DNA of 35,399 bases from a virus. The notes beneath the pieces were generated by a model that saw nothing but the letters and a program-made list of their open reading frames with translations, did not search any database and was not told the DNA's origin. Positions 31,623 through 35,399 of this stretch are shown here, piece after piece. The position numbers and the translations under genes are program-made. The DNA lies in IMG/VR virus record IMGVR_UViG_3300017769_000046, positions 1 through 35,399 of that record; one strand, 5' to 3'. Positions within the stretch are counted from its first letter, which is position 1. Each line of letters begins with the position of its first letter.

Positions 31623-31967
31623 ATGATAGCAGAACACATTGTAAGTTCCGTATGTAATAGATTTGAAATTACACGAAACGAATTAAGGAGTCAAAGCAGG
31701 AAGGCACACCTAGTAGATGCACGACAAACTTGTGCATTTGCATTACGAAAATTTGGTTGCACTTACGAATATATAGGAAATGTCATAAATCGTAAGGATC
31801 ATACTACAATAATGCACCTATTAAAGAATAGATTGCATAATATGCACGAGAATCAACGTATAGCTAATGAAACCGTAAATGCATATAAAGACATGGCTGT
31901 TCCTAGGATAAGCCGTAAGAAGCTAAATATGGAGCAGTTTTTAGAGATGGTTCAACAAACAAAATAA
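31623..31967 (+). CDS. DnaA C-terminal (domain IV, DnaA-box-binding HTH) domain-only protein
   Basis: IVSSVCNRFEITRNELRSQSRKAHLVDARQTCAFALRKFGCTYEYIGNVINRKDHTTIMHLLKN matches the Bac_DnaA_C pattern (...l.s..R.....aRQiamYl.r......IG..fg.rDHtTV.ha..k). The AAA+ domain is absent. Confidence 0.75.
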   Translation: MIAEHIVSSVCNRFEITRNELRSQSRKAHLVDARQTCAFALRKFGCTYEYIGNVINRKDHTTIMHLLKNRLHNMHENQRIANETVNAYKDMAVPRISRKKLNMEQFLEMVQQTK

Positions 31968-31972
31968 TTTTT

Positions 31973-32182
31973 ATGGAAACTGTAACAATTTTATTGTTTA
32001 GTTCAACAATGACCTATATTGGATGGTTGTTTGGTGTTGCCCAACAAATTCAAGAGTCAGAGAAAGAAATAAACAAGGCGTATAAGGAAGGATACGTAAA
32101 AGGGTATTTTGATGGCCATGCTTATGCCACCAAAAAAGAAAAGCCCTACTATGAGGACTTTCCTGAAATGGGGATAAACTAG
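31973..32182 (+). CDS. small membrane protein (N-terminal TM)
   Basis: METVTILLFSSTMTYIGWLFGVAQQ... is the last gene of the plus-strand operon. Confidence 0.5.
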   Translation: METVTILLFSSTMTYIGWLFGVAQQIQESEKEINKAYKEGYVKGYFDGHAYATKKEKPYYEDFPEMGIN

Positions 32183-32301
32183 CCTTTCTTACTCCGACCA
32201 GCTTTCTTCATAAAAGCCATTCTGCCGTTTTGGGCGTTTGGCTTTTTCTTTTTCTTGTTAGGGTCATCCTTGTGACCCATCTTTCCATAGTGTGATGGCA
32301 T
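32179..32301 (-). CDS. small basic ORF (40 aa), not in the track
   Basis: Hand translation: MPSHYGKMGHKDDPNKKKKKPNAQNGRMAFMKKAGRSKKG. GAGGTG lies about 9 nt upstream of the ATG at 32301. Its stop shares the CTAG tetranucleotide with the convergent plus-strand stop. Confidence 0.3.
   Translation of the reverse strand: MPSHYGKMGHKDDPNKKKKKPNAQNGRMAFMKKAGRSKKG
32212..32253 (+). terminator. candidate terminator of the plus-strand operon
   Basis: AAAAGCCA-(19 nt containing an inner GCC/GGC pair)-TGGCTTTT followed by TCTTTTTC. It lies antisense to the small minus-strand ORF. Confidence 0.4.
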
Positions 32302-32307
32302 GATTGT

Positions 32308-32496
32308 TTACACCTCCTCTGTTTCTACTGTTTCTGGTTGTTCTTCAGCTTCTTCTTCAAGGCTTTTTATAGTATTCTCATATCCCTGAATAAGATAAGA
32401 TACTTGGTTCAACTTTATTGATAGCGACTTATGTTGTTGAAGTAAGTCCTGTAATATTGCTTTGTTTTCTTCAATTATGGCTTCTTTGTTTTCCAT
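32308..32496 (-). CDS. hypothetical acidic coiled-coil protein
   Basis: 62-aa ORF in the tail end of the late operon. Confidence 0.45.
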   Translation of the reverse strand: MENKEAIIEENKAILQDLLQQHKSLSIKLNQVSYLIQGYENTIKSLEEEAEEQPETVETEEV

Positions 32497-32550
32497 TGTA
32501 TTTATATAAATTAGTTAACGTTACGTTACTGCAATATACAAAATCTGTAC

Positions 32551-32820
32551 CTATTCGCCACTCTCTGACTCTTCGACAGGTGTCTCTTCCTCTACTTCTG
32601 GCTCTTCTATAGCAGGTAACCCTGCCCAAAAAGCATTGATAGCTGACTGGTAGTGATCTGGTAAATCTGTAATCGTAGCATCCCTCTGAAAGTATTGCTT
32701 CTCTCTGGCGGTTGCTACTTCTACTTCGTTATCGTCAACAAATACCTTGCTGACTCGTACTGATACTGACCCATTAGGGTCGATACTTACTGTTTCGTAT
32801 TGGGTTGTTATATGGCTCAT
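32551..32820 (-). CDS. hypothetical protein, paralogue of 32826..33104 (possible fibre-associated or assembly factor)
   Basis: Shares Y..(I/V).I...G.V..R...., ITDLP and (F/Y)W blocks with the neighbouring gene. Acidic tail. Confidence 0.55.
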   Translation of the reverse strand: MSHITTQYETVSIDPNGSVSVRVSKVFVDDNEVEVATAREKQYFQRDATITDLPDHYQSAINAFWAGLPAIEEPEVEEETPVEESESGE

Positions 32821-32825
32821 TTTTA

Positions 32826-33104
32826 CTATGTGTTTTGGTTGTTAACTTCTTCATTGACCGCATCGTTTTCTGCTTGAATGTGCGCAGTCCAATTATCTTT
32901 AATTTCTTGTGTCCAGTAAGTGCTAACTGTATCCTGAACGTTTTGAGGTAAATCTGTAATATCGTCACTAGGAACTCTGATTTCTCTATGATGCCCCTCA
33001 GACAAAATATTACCATCTTCAGTAATCTTGGTAGTCTTTCTTAAAAAAACTTTACCAAGTTCTGTAATTTCTATTTTTGTGTAGGTTTCTGTTTTTTCTA
33101 ACAT
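32826..33104 (-). CDS. hypothetical protein, paralogue of 32551..32820
   Basis: 92 aa, starts 5 nt after the fibre stop. Carries ...DDITDLPQNVQDTVSTYWT... Confidence 0.55.
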   Translation of the reverse strand: MLEKTETYTKIEITELGKVFLRKTTKITEDGNILSEGHHREIRVPSDDITDLPQNVQDTVSTYWTQEIKDNWTAHIQAENDAVNEEVNNQNT

Positions 33105-33108
33105 ATAA

Positions 33109-35399
33109 TTAACCTGTTCTGTATGTTATTTGAAAAATTAAATCGTTTGAGTTTGAAGAACTACTTGTATCTGTTGGACTTAAATTTGAGATATTAGAAG
33201 TAGTTGATGAGTGATAATACAAATATATTCTTTCAGTTCCATGTATGGCTAACATCTTTGGCTCTTCGCCACCAAATGCAGTAGAATACCCAATAGCGCC
33301 TGCATAAAAACTAGGTCCTGAAAGGATGTCTGTTACGGTAAAAGGTATTCCATCAACATATACCGCACCTGAAGAACTAGACCATGAAAGACCACTTGTT
33401 TCTATACGACCCCACAAGTGAACAACGTTTCCAACTTTTATATATCTACCTGCTGTTACAGATGTATATGTAACATTTGTAACTGTTGCTGAAGAAGAAG
33501 AGTATGTTGGTGTCCAAGAGCCTTCTTCATAGTCATCAAGGGCATTGGCAGCTGCTGTATCTCCATTGAAAGTGATACCACCACTTGATAAGATGCGTAC
33601 CTTCTCTGAACCACCGACTTGCCAAATTATATTAGCAGAACTCTGCGTTGCGTTCTGAATGATGTCGGCAGAACTACCTATACGAAATATGTCGTAACAA
33701 TTTGATACGTCATATCCTACCCTTAATCTAGCTGAACCACCACTACTATTATTTAATACATTTATCGCAGTTGCACTAGATTGATTTTTTATAATCTCTA
33801 ATGTAGCACTAGGACTATTTGTACCAATACCTACGTTACCTTGAAAGTTAATATTTAAAGGTGTAGCACCCCCACCATATCCACCTAGCCCTAAATATCC
33901 TACTCCATCTGCTAAAATGTGAAAGTAATCTCCACCTATAAAATCACCATTAGAACCATCTAAGAATATTGCGGCTCCATTATTATACTCTTGTAGAGTG
34001 ATAGAACTACTACCATCACTAACTTCAAATTTTGCTACAGGACTAGTAGTACCAATCCCTACGTTACCACCTGCTTGAATAGTGAACTGGTCACCAACGC
34101 CATTTTCATGTAACGCAAAGTCACCATTAGTATATGACTTTAACCACCATTGATTTACATTTGAACTATCATTAAGTCCTATTTTATAATCAGTACTACT
34201 CTTAAAATACACCTGACCGCTTGAGTCAATGCGCATACGTTCAGTATTATTGGTAGCAAATCTTAAATATCCATTTTTATAGTTCCAAAATTCTGCATTT
34301 GTACTGTCAGGGCTACCTATTATAAAGTTTGCATTGTCGGATGAATCATATCCAGCAAGTTGCGTTCTACTATTACTAGTGGTTTCTAGTTTTAAAATAT
34401 TTGTGCCTGCTTTTATATGAAGTGGATAGTTGGGATTCGTTTCGCCAATACCTACTTTACCGTCATTTGTGAAACGAACCATTTCACCATTATCTGACTT
34501 ATAAAACTTAAATGTTCCTGCATCAGTTATGCTTAATTTATCTGCTCCACTTCCGTTAGCAACCTTAAAAGCAAAGTTTGAATCAGAAGTCCCACTTGAA
34601 CGAATGCCTAGCTTTATATTTGAGCCAAGTGATGCCCCAATACTTACGTTACCATCACCCTGTATGGTTAATCTAGTAGCTAAACCCCCATTATATGGCT
34701 TTGTTTTAAACTGAAGCTCTCCTGCGGCAGTAGCTAAAGTTCCTTCTTTTTGAGCAGTGATACTAGAAACTATTGCGTCACCTGAATCAGCTGCATTGGT
34801 AAAGTTAATAGCACCAATGTCTGCTTGCGTACCAGCCACGCTATAACCAGTCATTCTTAATACTGCTTGAGATGCAGAATTGGTTACACCTGATACTCTA
34901 GCTGTCGTAGTTGAACCCCCTGAGTTTAAGTCTAAAGTATAATCAGGGGCTGGGTTACCTATACCTAATCTAGTCTCACTAGAATCAAAGTGAAAGTTTT
35001 CTACTTGACTAACACTTCTAAAAGCAACGTCACCATTTGAATGGATGCGCATACGTTCTGAACCGCCTGCGTATATTATTTGATTGACTCCGCTTCCACC
35101 GTAATAAATCATGTCTTCACTAGCGTCAAGTTGGATGTAAGACACTTGACTTCCAGCATTATGGAATCTTACAGATGCGTAACCTCCACCATCCTTTTCA
35201 ATAACTAAATCACTTGAAGTCCCCGCATCCAAATGTAAAGTACCATCTATGGATGATGTACCAATACCTACGTTACCACTTGAGTTTACGACTAAAGCAG
35301 GATTGCTAAAAGTAGTGCCACCTGCCGTTGTTGATGGTGTAATTTCAAGAGCATTTGCAACGTTTTCTTGTATGGCAATTTGAAAATTAGTATTAGATG
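33109..35399 (-). CDS. giant tail fibre protein, C-terminal part (same ORF as 1..5854; total (5854+2168)/3 = 2674 codons including the stop)
   Basis: The track ORF 33109..35232 only begins at the first in-window Met; the frame stays open up to 35399. It contains repeated ...MRI(D/H)S(S/N)G(N/D)V.. GNVGIGT modules. The C-terminus reads DDYEEGSWTPTY...GRYIKVGNVVHLWGRI, a motif I recognise from phage fibre receptor-binding tips. Confidence 0.85.
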   Translation of the reverse strand, partial: SNTNFQIAIQENVANALEITPSTTAGGTTFSNPALVVNSSGNVGIGTSSIDGTLHLDAGTSSDLVIEKDGGGYASVRFHNAGSQVSYIQLDASEDMIYYGGSGVNQIIYAGGSERMRIHSNGDVAFRSVSQVENFHFDSSETRLGIGNPAPDYTLDLNSGGSTTTARVSGVTNSASQAVLRMTGYSVAGTQADIGAINFTNAADSGDAIVSSITAQKEGTLATAAGELQFKTKPYNGGLATRLTIQGDGNVSIGASLGSNIKLGIRSSGTSDSNFAFKVANGSGADKLSITDAGTFKFYKSDNGEMVRFTNDGKVGIGETNPNYPLHIKAGTNILKLETTSNSRTQLAGYDSSDNANFIIGSPDSTNAEFWNYKNGYLRFATNNTERMRIDSSGQVYFKSSTDYKIGLNDSSNVNQWWLKSYTNGDFALHENGVGDQFTIQAGGNVGIGTTSPVAKFEVSDGSSSITLQEYNNGAAIFLDGSNGDFIGGDYFHILADGVGYLGLGGYGGGATPLNINFQGNVGIGTNSPSATLEIIKNQSSATAINVLNNSSGGSARLRVGYDVSNCYDIFRIGSSADIIQNATQSSANIIWQVGGSEKVRILSSGGITFNGDTAAANALDDYEEGSWTPTYSSSSATVTNVTYTSVTAGRYIKVGNVVHLWGRIETSGLSWSSSSGAVYVDGIPFTVTDILSGPSFYAGAIGYSTAFGGEEPKMLAIHGTERIYLYYHSSTTSNISNLSPTDTSSSSNSNDLIFQITYRTG
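35277..35399. repeat. terminal direct repeat copy 2 (identical to 1-123)
   Basis: Same 123-nt string as the window start. It lies inside an open reading frame, so it is more likely an assembly overlap of a circular or permuted genome than a functional DTR. Confidence 0.95.

Noticed and set aside
32774-33016. Track ORF 32774..33016(-), 80 aa
   Set aside because: It overlaps the two paralogous genes in another frame, and its product is basic and low-complexity. The paralogue pair has mutual similarity supporting their frames instead.
381-35274. Regularly recurring short repeats (CCAATACCTACGTT and variants) that could suggest a CRISPR-like or other array
   Set aside because: Spacing is irregular (hundreds to thousands of bp). 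All copies are in one reading frame and encode the same NVGIG peptide inside a protein repeat, so they are coding repeats and not an array.

Overview
The window is a complete tailed-phage genome written as a linearised circle. Bases 1-123 are identical to 35277-35399, so the unique length is 35,276 bp.

Layout:
- **Late operon (minus strand, from about 22.77 kb down to 5.86 kb).** It runs in this order: an HTH small-terminase-like gene; a PD-(D/E)XK-like ORF; a large terminase split into ATPase and nuclease ORFs by a two-gene insert (a T5orf172/GIY-YIG-like endonuclease and a resolvase-catalytic-domain-only ORF); a divergent pair of very basic small proteins; portal; scaffold; P22-coat-like major capsid protein followed by a strong terminator; head-tail joining genes; two tube-like proteins; G/GT tail chaperones with a T_TTT_TTT -1 slippery site; tape measure; baseplate-type genes.
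- **Tail fibre.** The ORF track shows nothing substantial in 1-5858. That stretch is the 5' 1951 codons of a 2,673-codon tail-fibre ORF. It starts at 5854 (minus), leaves the window at base 1 and continues in frame from 35399 down to 33109. It is followed by two small paralogous genes.
- **Early/replication-recombination operon (plus strand, 26.3-32.2 kb).** It carries a DUF3799-type exonuclease, an ERF annealase, an Hjc-like resolvase, a wHTH protein, a DnaB-like helicase, a small protein with an SSB-like ...LPF tip, an M15 endolysin with a holin, and a DnaA-domain-IV-only protein.
- **Short leftward early operon.** It carries a lambda-O-like replication protein whose coding sequence contains 17-bp iterons. 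Two perfect DnaA boxes (TTATCCACA) and one near-perfect box lie in the intergenic regions next to these replication genes.
- **AT-rich island (22.98-24.92 kb).** A very AT-rich five-gene cassette is bracketed by two strong intrinsic terminators.

I saw no integrase, tRNA, rRNA or CRISPR array. Most genes lack a Shine-Dalgarno sequence, and the early promoter is of the TTG-N19-TAnnTTTG type. This weakly suggests a Bacteroidota (flavobacterial) host. All functional calls come from motif reading by eye; no database search was possible.
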